A stretch of 64,000 nucleotides of DNA, from positions 87,792,001 to 87,856,000 of the forward strand of contig OZ024746.1 in assembly GCA_964016885.1 (NCBI GenBank). The letters are read 5' to 3'. Positions within the stretch are counted from its first letter, which is position 1; every line of letters begins with the position of its first letter. Position numbers and translations under genes: made by a program. Below are positions 29,036 through 45,320 of this stretch, in pieces. The notes beneath the pieces were generated by a model. That model ran no database searches. It worked only from the letters and a program-made list of their open reading frames with translations, and was not told the origin of the DNA. The stretch is from Eledone cirrhosa. Lineage: Eukaryota.

Positions 29036-29249
29036 CATGCTCACCGACATCCAGAGTTGACATTGCACTCAGTGCTCCTTTGGGAGCCGCTACATGGACA
29101 CACTAGAAGAGGAAGACCAAGGTTAACATATGTTGATGCCCTAAGGACAGACACTGGTCTGTTGGAGATGCAGGATATGGCAGCGATAATGAGGGACAGA
29201 GACCGCTGGAGTGAACTCGTCCATGGATCTAGGGAATTTTACCCGCCTT

Positions 29250-29251
<2 letters not shown>
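29036..29251 (+). mobile_element. 5'-truncated RTE-like LINE, ORF C-terminus, inside (TA)n
   Basis: [46 protein letters not shown]; GRP..Y.D and M.DR..W are typical RTE-group C-terminal motifs. Confidence 0.85.
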
Positions 29252-29283
<32 letters not shown>

Positions 29284-29309
29284 CCTTCACATTTTCTAAC
29301 ATATACAGA

Positions 29310-29900
29310 GAATATTTCAGTATTTCAGTTTTGTTAGATCCTTAATGAACTGTCACATATATATTACCACTCCAAACATTTCTATTGATTTGAAAATCCA
29401 ACTGTGCGGCACCATGTCATACGCCTTGTGATAATCTGTCCTTGCGACTCCCAATGATGTTAATCCACTCTTACATTTCTTCACTATCATTCTTTCGCTC
29501 AGTAATTTACCATTCGGGCCTTTACTTTTTTTCTGAAAACTTTCTGCTCTCATGGCAACAAGATATTTCCCCTCGAAATGCCTGCAAAATAATTTAGATG
29601 ATACTACTCATAATACCTTCTGTAACGGAGCTAGGCAAGTGATCGGTATTAAATTGGAGACCATATTCTCTTTTTCTATTTCCCTCACACAATTACCATC
29701 CATTGCATCGTTAAACGTTCCTGGATACCTCCATCCCATTAATATGTTATCCCACTGTGGATTGATATAAGATTTTTAATCCAGTTACTTGAACGCTATC
29801 TGGTGCTGGGATTTTCCATTCTCTTCATGTGCTTCTTCCCATTTCGCAAATCAATTTGAACATTTTCCTGAATCTCTATGTCATTTAATTCTGCCAGTAA
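29310..29900 (-). mobile_element. Decayed R4/Dong-like LINE RT fragment
   Basis: PITCL, then LLSERMIVKKCK..ARTDYHKAYDMVPHSWI (RT domains 2-3). Confidence 0.85.
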
Positions 29901-30529
29901 TTCTTATTGTGACACCATCAATAGGTGAACTGGAAGCCAAGGTTCAAGACTGGATATCCCACCCTTAACCTCAACTATTATAAACAATGGCTGTAATTAT
30001 TATTACTATTTTTTTACGCAGTGTAGATGGCAATTTTACCGGAGAATTCAGTCATCTATCATGTCACAACAAGAATTTCAGACAGATAATACATATCTTT
30101 AAGTATGCATAGTGTCTAGCAAATCTGATGTGTGATGAGAGCAATCGTGCATACTATTCCTAGCCGCTTTAAGACGTGTTGCACTTTCAATAGGATTGAT
30201 TCTAATGTTCCGATTACAAGTAGTATCCTTTCACACTACCCTCTCGCATTCCAAACAGTCTTGTCTTCAATTCGGAGTTCTTGTTGATTCTTTCAACGAG
30301 TTTACTCACACTATCATTGTCATTTGCTTTAAACACGACTATAATCTGACAGTGATGCTCAATTATTCTAGAGGTTTGAAAAGAATATCATTGTTTCCCA
30401 TCCTCCGGCATTACTTTACAAGGTACACGCTCATATCAATTCTATATTACTTTATATTGCTATTTACGACAGAAAAACCAAAGTTATAAACATATTTTAT
30501 CATAGGGGCAATTGTATTCTTCTTGCGCA

Positions 30530-32437
30530 AGGTTCTCCCAAGCGTGTACCCAATTGATTAAATTTTCCACATTATTTCCAAGGAGTCTACAATTCTGGTT
30601 TCAGCAGATTTGTAGATGTTATACTTCACCTAATTTGTAGCAAGATCTTGGTTTTGTGCTCTAAATATAAGGCTATCGGCGACACGCTTCGAATCGACTT
30701 GGTTATGTAATGTCCATGATTTTGTTTTATTCTTGATATCCAGTGTATTTTTTTCCAACTGCCCTTTCATTCTAATTTCTAGTTATTTTCCCTTCTCTTC
30801 AAATATTCGAGTTAATTCCTACTTGCCAGCCATTTCAACTCCATTTTCACCTATATCATCTGCTGCATATTGAAACAACACTTCGTCACTGCTTGCCTAA
30901 TATTCCGCAGTCATTCTAATTTCACCTTTTATACAATAATCCACACTAATGAGTGCTCTCCCACCATACCTTCTCTTCATGTACAATCAGATTATATTTG
31001 CCTTAGGCAGTAAAGCTCCGTACGCCGTCATTAACTTTCTCATCGTTATATCCAACTTTGCCATATCTTCTTCAGTCCACCTGAGAATTGACGCATCATA
31101 TATAACCACTGATATTAATTGCAGTGATTAGATTTCTAGCATTCGATTTGGATTTTAAAATCAGATTTGCGCTTTTTAAATATGACACACTAAACCTTCT
31201 CTCGATTCTGCTTACAAAATGTCATGCGGTTCTAAAATCGCCAAATACTTGTATTCACTATCTTCATGTTCTCCGATGGTGTCTATATATCGCAGTCTTA
31301 TTCCACTACAGGCTAACTTTTTCCTGTTTCTATTTAGCACAGTGTATTTGGAGATACCAAATTCCATAACTATGTCACTGCGATATATCAGGACTGTTTT
31401 ACCCCCAAAATCTATTTAGTTTCAGGACTTTCCAAACAATTTCATCTCATCCATAAGCAGAAAATGGTTTAAGTATTTTCCTTTACATACTCATCTGTAA
31501 TTTCCTAAATGTCCGTGTTATAATTATAAGGACAATGACAAATAATAATGGTAATCACGGGTCACTTTTGAAGATACCTCTGGTTCTTTGGATATCGTGG
31601 TAGAGAAGGAAAATATCTCACATAATTCCACTTCTTATGAACGTTTTTCTTTTCTACCAGAAGCCATGTTCCCCATCTGGATCAAGAGCTTTCCAGTTTG
31701 TTAACTTGACCATTTGATGCTTCGCATTAACTCTGCTTATGATAATGTCTCTCTGTCTATTTCTTCCTCAGAACTCTGCCATGATATTTCCTATCCAGTA
31801 TTGCCACAACTGGGATAATATTTCTTGTTTTCGTTGTGTCCTCTGCCTAGATATGACATATGGCAACATTTATCGTATTTGTAATTTCATTCATCATATT
31901 CCTATCAGCCCTAACCCTTTACATATTCATCTGCCCATTTTTGTCAGTGGGATATATCAAATTCGAGTGCCGGCTGTGCAATATAAGCGATTCTTCATAC
32001 AATATGCGCTCTCCTTCTGCTTAACCATGCTTAGCAATACTAGGGTAAAACCTATGAGCTTCCTCTTAAGTAATTCTATCAAAACTATAGTTGGCCTCAT
32101 CTTCTACTCTAAATTCTATAATCCTGACCCTAATTCTAATCCTAAACCTTATCCTAACTCTAAACCTTAAATTTTCCTTAATCCGATATATTTCTACCTC
32201 AGATAACCAACTCTTTCTCAAATCACACTCAACTGATTCATTTATATACATTCTGATTTTGAAAACATGTACTTTTCAATCCAAGCTACGTCATCCGCGT
32301 TTTCCTTCCAATTTTGCTCTTCTATGATATGCAACGAGTGTAGCGTACTCTTCTTTCTTCCACTTCTATCTAGTTGCGAACAAATCTTTCTGAGATCTTA
32401 TGCTTGGTAACGAGCATACAGGGTCAGATCACTTCCC
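30530..32437 (-). mobile_element. Decayed, internally deleted R4/Dong-like LINE
   Basis: N-terminal KSWLSEVEI, then RGIFKSD (cf. RGIFQGD) at ~31570 and NHFLLMDEMKLF (cf. NHLLFMDDLKL) at ~31450. 5' end abuts (TTC)n. Confidence 0.75.
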
Positions 32438-32688
32438 TTCTTCTTCTTCTTCTTCTTCTTCTTCTTCTTCTTCTTCTTCTTCTTCTTCTTCTTCTTCTTC
32501 TTCTTCTTCTTTTCTTTTTTCTTTCTTTCTTTTTTTCTTTTTTCTTTTTTCTTTTTTCTTGTTTTCTTGTTTTCTTTTTCTTTTTCTTTTTCTTTTTCTT
32601 TTTCTTTTTCTTTTTCTTTTTCTTTTTTTTTCTTTTTCTTTTTCTTTTTCTTTTTCTTTTTCTTCTTCTTCTTCTTCTTCTTCTTCTT
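32438..32688. repeat. Polypyrimidine (TTC)n/(TTTTTC)n compound tract
   Basis: Seen directly. Confidence 0.98.
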
Positions 32689-32689
32689 G

Positions 32690-35600
32690 ACGCTTTTTCA
32701 CGCAGTGACACCGTGGTATTTAATCATTTGTCCAGTCCCATCTACAAACCCAGACCTAATACGTTCCTCCATATGTGTGTAGTATTCAGCAGAACAGCCT
32801 TTTGTATGACACCTAATTTATATGGTATTCCCAGTCGCTTTAATAAGTCTTGAAATTTCAAAGGGATTGACCATCATTACCCTCTTGCATTCAAAATAGT
32901 TTTGCGTACACCAATTCATCAATTCATATTATTTACTCATTTCTTCTATCTCCTTACTTACATTATTCGTGTCACTTGTTATGGCCACGTTGATGATCTT
33001 TCATGTTTAATACGTCTTGTCGGCGATGCTAATTTCCTCTATGAGCGTGAAAATCGTTTCTTTACAATTCTCCTGTCTTACAATGTACATGTTCATACCA
33101 ATATTCTATGACATTAGCTTGTTAGTTTTTACAAAAAAAAACCCCAAAACAATGAACGTATACATAGACTTGACCATGGTGGTGCTGGTTTTCTTTTTAC
33201 GCAACGTTTTCACATCCCCTTACCAAGTAGATGTTTTATTTCCCCGAATTTGTACCAAGAAATTGTTCTTGCGTTGCATCTATAAAATCTCCAGTGGCAC
33301 GTTTCAAATTATCTTCAATAAACATGACCACGCTGTTGTTTTATCCATGTTAACCCGTGTAATTCTTTAAAGTTGATCATACACATTCATTCGTAGATCT
33401 TTTCTTTTCTATTCAGTCTTTTGTTTACAATACTCCTCTCCAACCCTTTCTAATGCATTTATACACATATTTTCTGCTGCATGTTGCAACCATTTTTCTT
33501 CACTGTTTATCAAATATTCTGTAAGCCTTCTACTTTCAATCCTTATACATGTATTTACACCAAAGAGGCTTCTGTCGCAGTTCCCGTTCTTTATTTACCG
33601 TCTATTAACTTTTGCTTTAGGCTGTAAAACTCCATATAATATCATTAACCTTGAAGTCATTCTATCCAATTTTGAGATTTCTCCTTCAGTTCAACTGATA
33701 ATTGATGCATTGTTTTTAACCATTGCAATTGCCGAAACATATATTGTAGTGATGAGATTTCTCGCATTTAAGGTGGATGATAAAACCATTTTTAATTTTT
33801 AAAACTATAATGCTCCGAAATCTTCATTTAAAACGTCATCAAGCACTAAGATCCACGAATTATATATAGCCACCATCTTCTTCTCTCATTAGTCTTAGGT
33901 AGAGAAGCAGTGGCCGAAAGGATTGTCCAATAAATATCACTCTGTTCATTAACATGGCCTCAGATTTTAGAGCTTCATCCTTTGTTTGTATTGACAGAAC
34001 ATTTTGCCACTTATGTTATGCATGATAAATATATTTATTGTTGGTTGCTCTTTATTCATAAGTACTGTTTTTATCCATCTTTGAGGAACGTTGTCAAACG
34101 CCTTCTGTTAGCCAATCCATGCCATACTGTTTTTATTGTTTTTCTGCAGTTTTCAGTTATTGCCTTATTGATTTGTAACTAGTGTTTACTACCTTTGCAA
34201 CATCCGTTCTGTTTTGTTTCTGGAATTAAGTCCTTTCTTTTTCCAAGTACCTGGACAGTTTCTATGAACCTATAGCAGTTAAAGTTGTGTATGAAGTAGG
34301 AAGGTATCATATAGGGCTGTAGTGTTAGTTTTTTTCTTTGTCATTATTTTTATGGTTCAGAGCGGTTGTCCCCTTAGTGAGCCAGTCAGGGTTATTCCTT
34401 GCTAAATCAGTATCTAATCATTACTTTTACATGTACAAAGTGTGTCACCTGCTAAATATTTCAACCAAACCTTTCAGATCCTGTCATGTGCTAGAGAATT
34501 CCAGTTGCTTACTATGTCAGGGTGCTAGACACATCATCATTTGTGATAACTGTGATAATACATCTTTTCAGGTACTGTGTGCGTTAATCTCAATAGATCT
34601 ATACATGTTACTTTTGCTTCTTATTCTGCCCATAATCCTATCCAGCAATCTTCCACATCTATCATTTTCGGGTCTATATTTCCCTCTATTTTACTTCGGT
34701 TATGTTTCTGGTACTGCTGTTTTAGGTTAGAGTGAGATGGGTTTGGTAAAATCATTTTGGCACACGTATTATCTCCGGATTATTCGAGCTGCTGCAAGTT
34801 ATTTAGCCTTGTGATACTAATGTTTCTATGCGTGCTTATTAAGTACGTGATGGCTAGTTTAATATTTTTTTATAATGTTGGTATTTCATTATTATTTATT
34901 TTATCTTTGGGGTGTGTGTTCATTGGTCAATAGAGAGACCTATCGATTAGAGGTTTTGGATTATTTCCAGCTTTATCCTATTGTGGTCCTGCCATTCGTC
35001 TTTAGGGTATTTTTTCCTACATATTTCTCCCCTTATTTCTTTTCATTTGTATTTTTGGCTGTGTTTTCTTAAATGGGTTTTGTAGATCAAATCTCTCTAT
35101 GTCTTTCAGTGTTGGAATTTGTTGTTTACTTTATTTGGTTTAGTTATGTCAGTTTATCTTCGTTTTGAATTGTTCAATATGTTTATGCTCGTTTGTTGTT
35201 GCGTGTTCGTTGTGTATTTGTAATTTTTGGTGCACTATTTCCATGTCTAATATTTTCTTTTGTTTTTATTATGTATCTCCATAAATCTACTAGTTTGTTG
35301 GGGCCGAGCTTTAAATCAGAGATCAAATGTTTTTTTTGTTTTGTTTTTTTGCCTGATTTTATGTGTATGTTGTGATTTCATTTTAAGGCTATATATAGTG
35401 TTGCTGCAAAATATACGTACAGATTCGAATCATTCTTCTGGTGTCTATTTGGGGTTTGTTATTATATATGTGGCATTTGAAGTGTAAAGTCCATCATTTA
35501 AAATGTTAACATTTCTGTTGAGTATCGGTCTATAGGCTTCTAAATGTGTATGTATTTGCGCGCAATCGACTTCGAACAAATGTTGTTTTAAGTTCAAAGG
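32690..35600 (-). mobile_element. Near-full-length, heavily decayed R4/Dong-like LINE
   Basis: In minus-strand order: PDWLTKGTT (~34380), INKAITENCRK (~34160), KLDRMTSRLMILYGVLQPKAKVNR (~33640), LKRATGDFIDATQEQ (~33290), VIQKAVLLNTTHI (~32790). 3' end at (GAA)n. Confidence 0.75.
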
Positions 35601-36149
35601 ATAATAAAATAATATTGCAAGAAAACGGAGAATATATTAGACAAGAACCAACGAACACTACACAAATATATTTTATCTATGGATGTAGCCTATCATATAA
35701 ATATATTATTTAGCACTGGTACCACGTAAAAAAATGTAGCATGCTGAAAACAACCACCACATGACATGGAGAGTTTACAAGCCAAGCCAGAATAATAACG
35801 ATCAGAAAAACAACAATGAATCATGACATATACGAAACGAGGAAAAAAAGGAAACAATCAATAGAAAGGAAGACCGATGCATGTAAGTAACACACAAATA
35901 TTCATTGTATTATCAATGTTTATATATAAATAGCGAAAATATATACAAAAACCTATAGACGTTTTATAGCAATATTACGTTTATTATTCATTGGCAAAAT
36001 GATGATCTTGTTAACACTGGATTTTTTAATTGACTCTCTATCAATTGTGTAACTTCAAATAAACAGTATGTTCTGGAGGTAGTTAGCTATTCAAAATCGT
36101 GCTGTTTTCTACAATGACATAATGCAGGAGTATAGATGTGACCGACCCA

Positions 36150-36728
36150 AGTTCTCCAATATGAATCAGTACCTCTTTTTTCATATTCTTAAGACTACAT
36201 TCTTTACAATATATTTAGCATTGATGTAATGACTTTCTGGAGCAAGCTGCCCCGATCATCACACAGTTGCTTTCAGCACATTTCTACTCCAAAGTTATAT
36301 CTAGTCTTGAATATTGAAGATATGTATTTGTCTTTATTGTAAGACCCACAAGTGTTTCACTGTCTCATTTTCTCGGACATTCCCTACTACATGATAATAC
36401 CACTTCTTAGTGGCTGCAAACACATTTTACTTGCATAGAGACCAATGTCACAGTAAGCACACTTTATTGTGAAAATGTTATATTCCTTCTGCGGAAACAT
36501 GCTACAGGCACTCACAATATCTTTCATACAGAACCTACAATTATTTGTTATCTGTGGGTTATATATATTCGTTCTTGAGTTTGCGTTTTGTATTCGATCT
36601 AGAGCTGTCATTAATACACTTATTCCTTCTCTCTTAAGAACATCATTTGTCAACCAATTCCATGTAGATTCCACTTTTACTTCCTTCATTTCTCTTTCAA
36701 AGAGCCTTTTGCCGAAATCAGAAACCAT
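36150..36728 (-). mobile_element. 5'-truncated R4/Dong-like LINE fragment (zinc knuckle region)
   Basis: STWNWLTNDVLKRE..CRFC..IVSACS..QKEY; 5' junction in (TTA)n. Confidence 0.8.
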
Positions 36729-37110
36729 TGTTATTATTATTATTATTATTATTGCTAATATTCAGTGTATACCAAACATACACATAAATACACACGCACA
36801 CACACACACGTATACATATATATATATATATATATGTGTTGCATGTTTTTACGTGTATGGACCATAAATGCGAGTTTGTTATCACAATTCCGTTCAACGG
36901 TGTTGCGAACAAAAAGTGTATTAAAGAATTAAGATGAATAGCAATATAACATGATATGAAATATACGGAGAGGAGTGCCACACTAAATGACATGGGACAT
37001 CAAAGAAAACATTCAAAATATATATTAGTTAAGATATAAAAAATCAAAGGAAAATTGAAACACGCCAAATGAATGTTGTATAATATGGTATATATATATT
37101 TATGACCTGA

Positions 37111-37173
<63 letters not shown>

Positions 37174-37219
37174 AATGAAAAGTATAGAAATTATTGTAGC
37201 AAGAAGCTAACTGTATTCC

Positions 37220-37253
<34 letters not shown>

Positions 37254-37353
37254 GTAGATATATATTTTATAGATATTTGTATATATATTTGATAATACAA
37301 TGAATATGGATGTACATATAAAGGTATGTCTGTAGGTATCTATATGTTTGTAC

Positions 37354-37385
<32 letters not shown>

Positions 37386-37578
37386 CAAATCACACCCACA
37401 TATATAAGTACACACATACATTTGTCAGGTACATCCTCTCTCTTATATGCCGTTGTGCAGGATCTGTATATACATTAGCCTTTTTAATCTATATAAAATC
37501 TCCCTTTGTTGCGAGATATCTTACCGCCTTTGTTACAAACACACCCAACCACCAACATACACACACGCACACACACAC

Positions 37579-37615
<37 letters not shown>

Positions 37616-37786
37616 GGAGAGAGAGAGAGATACATAGATAAATAGATGGATAGATTAGGAGTTTATAGTTTAGACTAGTAAAACCATTATTCGGTTATGT
37701 ACCTTATAGTCGAGAAATGTGGGTGTAGATATTACTACCTGTTAATGTGCGACTGCTGAACACTTTACATTATTTATGTATGCATG

Positions 37787-37863
<77 letters not shown>

Positions 37864-37990
37864 CATATAATATTATAATCAGTTTTAATATGCATTTTAT
37901 TAGAGCATGTTATTAGTCTGGAATTTCGCCTATTTAACGCAGTATCTGATTACCTTGACATAAACAGACGAAAATCACGACAAGACTCAA

Positions 37991-39450
<1,460 letters not shown>

Positions 39451-39744
39451 AATAGAAACAAAATGGCGTAGAACAGAACAAAGGAGAGGCACAAAAACAA
39501 AGAAAAGAATCACCAGTCACGAAGAGGTCACAGACTGCGTGATGAAAGAACTTTGACAATTTATAAACAACCATCTGATTATGGAACCAACCAACCAACC
39601 GGAAATTTATAAATTTATTATAATAAATTGAAGTGAAACAACTGGAGCGTGTGTGTCTTATTGGCAACATGATCCAAAGTATAACAATATCGGTTTCAAC
39701 ACACGTTTTCAGATGAAGAATCTTGCTAAACAAATTCAGAAACG

Positions 39745-39780
<36 letters not shown>

Positions 39781-39783
39781 TGC

Positions 39784-39916
<133 letters not shown>

Positions 39917-40295
39917 CATATATATATGTATTTCTGTTTGCGCATTGCTGCATCTATGCAAATAGAGACACACCCATTTAATCGACTGAGAACATTGTCA
40001 GTGTTTTCTTCTTAATTCTCAACTCTATTATCCGCTGTGTACTGTAGTGTACTTTGCTACTTACTCTTGGTACAACTATAAATAATGAAAATTGTTTTGG
40101 CCACTTCAACATGATAAAAAGATATTTAATATTGCGTACATTGCAAGTACTTAGTTCATATATTTATATATACACACACACACATATGTATATATAATAT
40201 ATATATATATAATGTGTCTGTTTATATATATAAATATATATATATATATATTTATATATATAATTTGTGTGTTAATATATATATATATGTATGTG

Positions 40296-40355
<60 letters not shown>

Positions 40356-41170
40356 CATACACGTTCACAAGCGCGCATGCTAAGTATTTATTTTTATTTT
40401 GTCGCCTCAGGTCAGGTCAACTCTGATCAAAACAGATTTCTAATGACACAAAACCTGCATATCTTGTTGGTTTTCTAAACAAAATTGCGTGACCACTTAG
40501 TAAACTCTCCGTTATTTATCTAATGGTTTTATCAGACCTGGAAATGCGCCAACCACAAGGCTTTTCTATGCTGGCGTGCTTGTTTGGGCAAGCTGGTGTT
40601 CTGAGACGAGAAACCACGACCAGTTGCTTTTTATACACTGAATCAAATAAAGCCATTTTAATTTGAGTATTTGATTTTAAAATCGTGCAATATATGGTCA
40701 GTAGCAAACCCTATAACATATTTATCATAGATCCTTCCTGGGTTTCACGTTTACTACGGTAACATATGTATCCCGTGTGACAATGAAGCTTAGTGCATTC
40801 CGGTAAATATGTATATATCGTCATGGAGACTCTCAAATAATTATGGACACATATGGACGCTGTTGTGATGTGTTGTATAACACTTATATACATATTACTT
40901 TCATAGAATAGTTTTTTTTAATTAAAACGATGGTGTGATATGGTGGCTGAAGCTTCATAATGACTGTATACATCACAACAACGGTTGATGCGGGTTGCTG
41001 GAGTGTTTAACAGAAAATAGGGATGATAGGGATATAACATGTCAGTTCTAGCACATCCACGATTCGTTAATATCTGTTTTGTGGTCATGATTAGCCTTGA
41101 TATCATCACTGCGTTTAATTAAGGGGTGAATTCAATGAACGTCCTTACATAAATACCTACACACACTCAC

Positions 41171-41299
41171 ACTTTACGGACTGACTTCAAATACCACCGA
41201 GGTTAACTTTGCCTCTCACCTTTGTGGGGTCGATGAAATAAAACAGAATAATGAACTGAGATAATTGCTGGCCTTGTGCCAAAAAGTAGAAACAATTAT
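41171..41299 (+). mobile_element. SINE family A, 5'-truncated
   Basis: ACCGAGGTTAACTTTGCC..GGGGTCGATGAAATAAAA..TTGCTGGCCTTGTGCC..AGAAACAATTA. Confidence 0.8.
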
Positions 41300-41459
41300 A
41301 TGTGTATGAATATATTTCGGTAAACAGTAAACAGTAAAAAAGGGTTACATTTAAAGATTTGTTTTTCGTTAATCCGACAATAGGAATTTTTAATAATTGT
41401 GAATTTTTTCAACTATTACAGGTTTCGTCGATTTTAACAAATATTAAACATGTTACGTG

Positions 41460-42505
<1,046 letters not shown>

Positions 42506-42701
42506 TGTACGACCGTCACTGGAGTGGTTTCAGCTTATATTCCTATGTGTGCATGTGCTTGAATATATACACATATGTGTATCACTATAATTTATATATA
42601 GGTCAAAACTAAGAGCGAAAACTCAGAGGATTATATTTAAATATGTTCTCGTTAATCCAATATGAGGAATACTTTTTTTTTATTGTTACAGTTAGTTTTT
42701 T

Positions 42702-42746
42702 AACCATTACAGGTTTCGATTTGTATAGCAATCTTATCAAATATTT
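42702..42746 (-). ncRNA. Hammerhead motif, U3-A8 variant (decayed sister at 41411-41445)
   Basis: AAATAT-TTGATAA-GATT-gctataca-AATC-GAAA-CCTG-TA-ATGGTT; lies in a ~130-bp repeat (42625-42750, similar to 41340-41450). Confidence 0.6.
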
Positions 42747-43043
42747 AAAAGGTTTGTACTCATATTCTGTGTATGTCTGTTAGTGTGTGTGTCTGTGTGT
42801 ATGTGTATGTGTCTGTGTCTATGAGTGCATGTGTGTGCGCGTGAATATGCACCAAGGTATTTTGGTTTTATAAAAAACGTAATTTAAGTGAATCCTGAAT
42901 ATATAAATATTTCAAATCGAGATAAGGTTATCTATAATGTTGATAATCTCTACACTGTCAATGTTGATGACTTATATTAGCATTATTTCAATAACTTACG
43001 TTGATGTGTCGAAAAGTTTTAATAGACTTTTATCGTCGTTAAG

Positions 43044-43250
43044 GAGGGTGGATTGGCAGTAACGTTATGGTTTCAATTAAACGCTACATGGCATTTGTTA
43101 CGACTCCTTGTATTGTGAGTTTATATCCTACCAATGTCACCACCACGATTCATTCTTCCCTGCTCGATAAAATAAAGTACCAATCAAGTTCTGGCATATA
43201 ATCGAGTTTACCCGGTTTACAAAATTTACCACATTCTGCCCAAAATCTAA
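43044..43250 (+). mobile_element. Old SINE related to family A
   Basis: GGTGGATTGGCAGTAACGTTA head; TCGATAAAATAAAGTACCA body. Confidence 0.65.
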
Positions 43251-43269
43251 ATCATTCCGAACTAACATA

Positions 43270-43790
43270 TTCTTCTTCTTCTTCTTCTTCTTCTTCTTCT
43301 TCTTCTTCTTCTTCTTCTTCTTCTTCTTCTTCTTCTTCTTCTTCTTCTTCTTCTTCTTCTTCTTCTTCTTCTTCTTCTTCTTCTTCTTCTTCTTCTTCTA
43401 TATTCCTGAGAGTGTTGTGGAGTAGAGTCCTCAAACCTTCCTTCCAGCGGATCCTGTGAGAGGCAACTATCTCCAACTGATAGGGCTGGAACCCTAAGTG
43501 AGATCACCCAACCTCATGGATGTTATACAACCATCGTGCTCACAGTCTCCCCTGCGTTTTCTGCCTGTTGGGTTTGCCCTTAAAATCTGTGCAGCAACTA
43601 TTTCCTGAGACTTCTAACTACGTGACCATAGTATCCAAGCTGTGATCTCCTAATTCGGAGTGACTACTCATTTCATTTGGAAAAAAGTGGCCACGCAAGT
43701 GCGACCTGTCCTGTAATGTGCGGGATTGACTCACAAAGATAGTGAATGCCGAGACTCCAAAGAGGTTTCTGAAGGGAGACAACATTGCAA
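43270..43790 (-). mobile_element. RTE-clade LINE 3' end with (GAA)n tail
   Basis: IRRSQLGYYGHVVR...RWLYNI..LEIVASHRIRW..LRTLL; tail (TTC)n at 43270-43398. Confidence 0.8.
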
Positions 43791-44480
43791 TGAACGTATA
43801 TATTAAATATGTTATATTTTCATAACATTCCTTGTTTATTTTTATCGAAATATGTTATCATGCTCGTTGTTCATATAGGTCTCCTGTCGATTGGTTTTCC
43901 TTGTAAAAGATCTCCAGGGATTATGATACTCAATTTACTGATTTCTAAAGAAATGTGAAAATCGATGTAATAACGACGATTTTACCACATCTCCGCCTTA
44001 TGTATCTATGTAATAGAAAGTTATTTTATTATTCCAAATTATTATGTTGGCTCTTCCAAAATAGTATGTACACTGACAACGAAATTGTGATGTGTGTTCT
44101 TTGCAATGTGAGTCTAAACGGAATTGAATGTACTTTTCTTGTTACAGTACTAGTGTATTGGCTGAAATAGAATCATAAAACAAATGACAACTGATTCATA
44201 TAATCTCTGTTACTGTTTGAACGTATGAAGTGAAATATCGTTATGTGTGAATATATGTACGCATTGATTGCGTATCAACCAGTTTATCGCGTTTCGAAAA
44301 AGTTTGGCTGTAGAGACGGTGAGCCAAATGACTGCGAAACACGCGTAACGTGTCGAAACAATTAAGACTTTTAAATGACCCTTCATCCCTTTTCACAATA
44401 TATATATATATAAAGTTGTCTTGTGGATGGGGTGTCAATATCACCACCAGATATTCAATTAATCACATACACACAAACGC

Positions 44481-44527
<47 letters not shown>

Positions 44528-44628
44528 CAAAGAAAGTGTGGGAAGAAACCGGGTAGATCATAATGCACCAGAGTACTCTATACTTGGGGTAGTAGAGTTA
44601 GTAATAGGAAAAGATTCAGGAACCCGAC

Positions 44629-44698
44629 GACTGAACTCCGGCTGTTTCGACAGCTAGATCCGAATTCGGCTCTAGCTGTTGAAACGACCGGAGCTCAG
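44629..44698. repeat. ~70-bp imperfect GC-rich palindrome/hairpin
   Basis: CTGAACTCCGGCTGTTTCGACAGCTAGA-TCCGAATTCGGC-TCTAGCTGTTGAAACGACCGGAGCTCAG. Confidence 0.85.
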
Positions 44699-44722
44699 CT
44701 GTTAATGACCTGCTTCTTTTCC

Positions 44723-44770
<48 letters not shown>

Positions 44771-44771
<1 letters not shown>

Positions 44772-45320
44772 GGTGGCTGCCAACTCGTTTTCGAGTACGG
44801 CCACTACTTTATATCCATGTAGGAGAACTCCTACCAATGCGCTGAACGAGTGACATTTTAGTCCAGCCAGCAACTTGAAAACTCTGGTACAAACACTACA
44901 CCTGTGACAATTATTGACACATAGTGCTGGGCCCATGGTACCATGTGACGACAAGTGCAGAGAGATCTCCAGATATAAAGCAATGCCTGTGCCGTGAAGG
45001 TTTTATAGTGAGCAAAGGCACTGCACAAAGCCAGTCCCACTCTCTTAACCAAGATGATATTTACCAAAAAGAAGAACAAGTCAACATCATTGGATACCAT
45101 CAGGGTTGCAGATGTTATATCAGAGTTTTCCTTCTCCTAGAATTCTGCCTTGACAAAGGCTAAGGGGTCATCTCTCCCGGTGATTTTGGATGGCCATTGA
45201 CTCTTAAGAGCTCCTTTGCCCTTTACAGGTTTTGTTTTTAGTCCTGCAGGATGTCCAATGTCACCCTCCTCACCAAGAAACCTTGGTGGGGTTGCCAGTT
45301 TAGTCGCCAACGACCCGACC
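44771..45320 (-). mobile_element. Bipartite non-autonomous RTE derivative (5' UTR fused to 3' end)
   Basis: The 5' part has GCGACTAAACTGGCAACCCCACC and TAGGAGAAGGAAAACTCTG (RTE 5'-UTR-like, recalled). The 3' part encodes CSVCTRVFKLLAGLKCH (zinc finger-like), then a hairpin ACTCG-aaaa-CGAGT and a (TA)n tail. Confidence 0.7.

Noticed and set aside
44315-44352. GGTGA-GC..GC-GAAACACGCGTA possible HHR
   Set aside because: The 5' core CTGA and stem I are missing.
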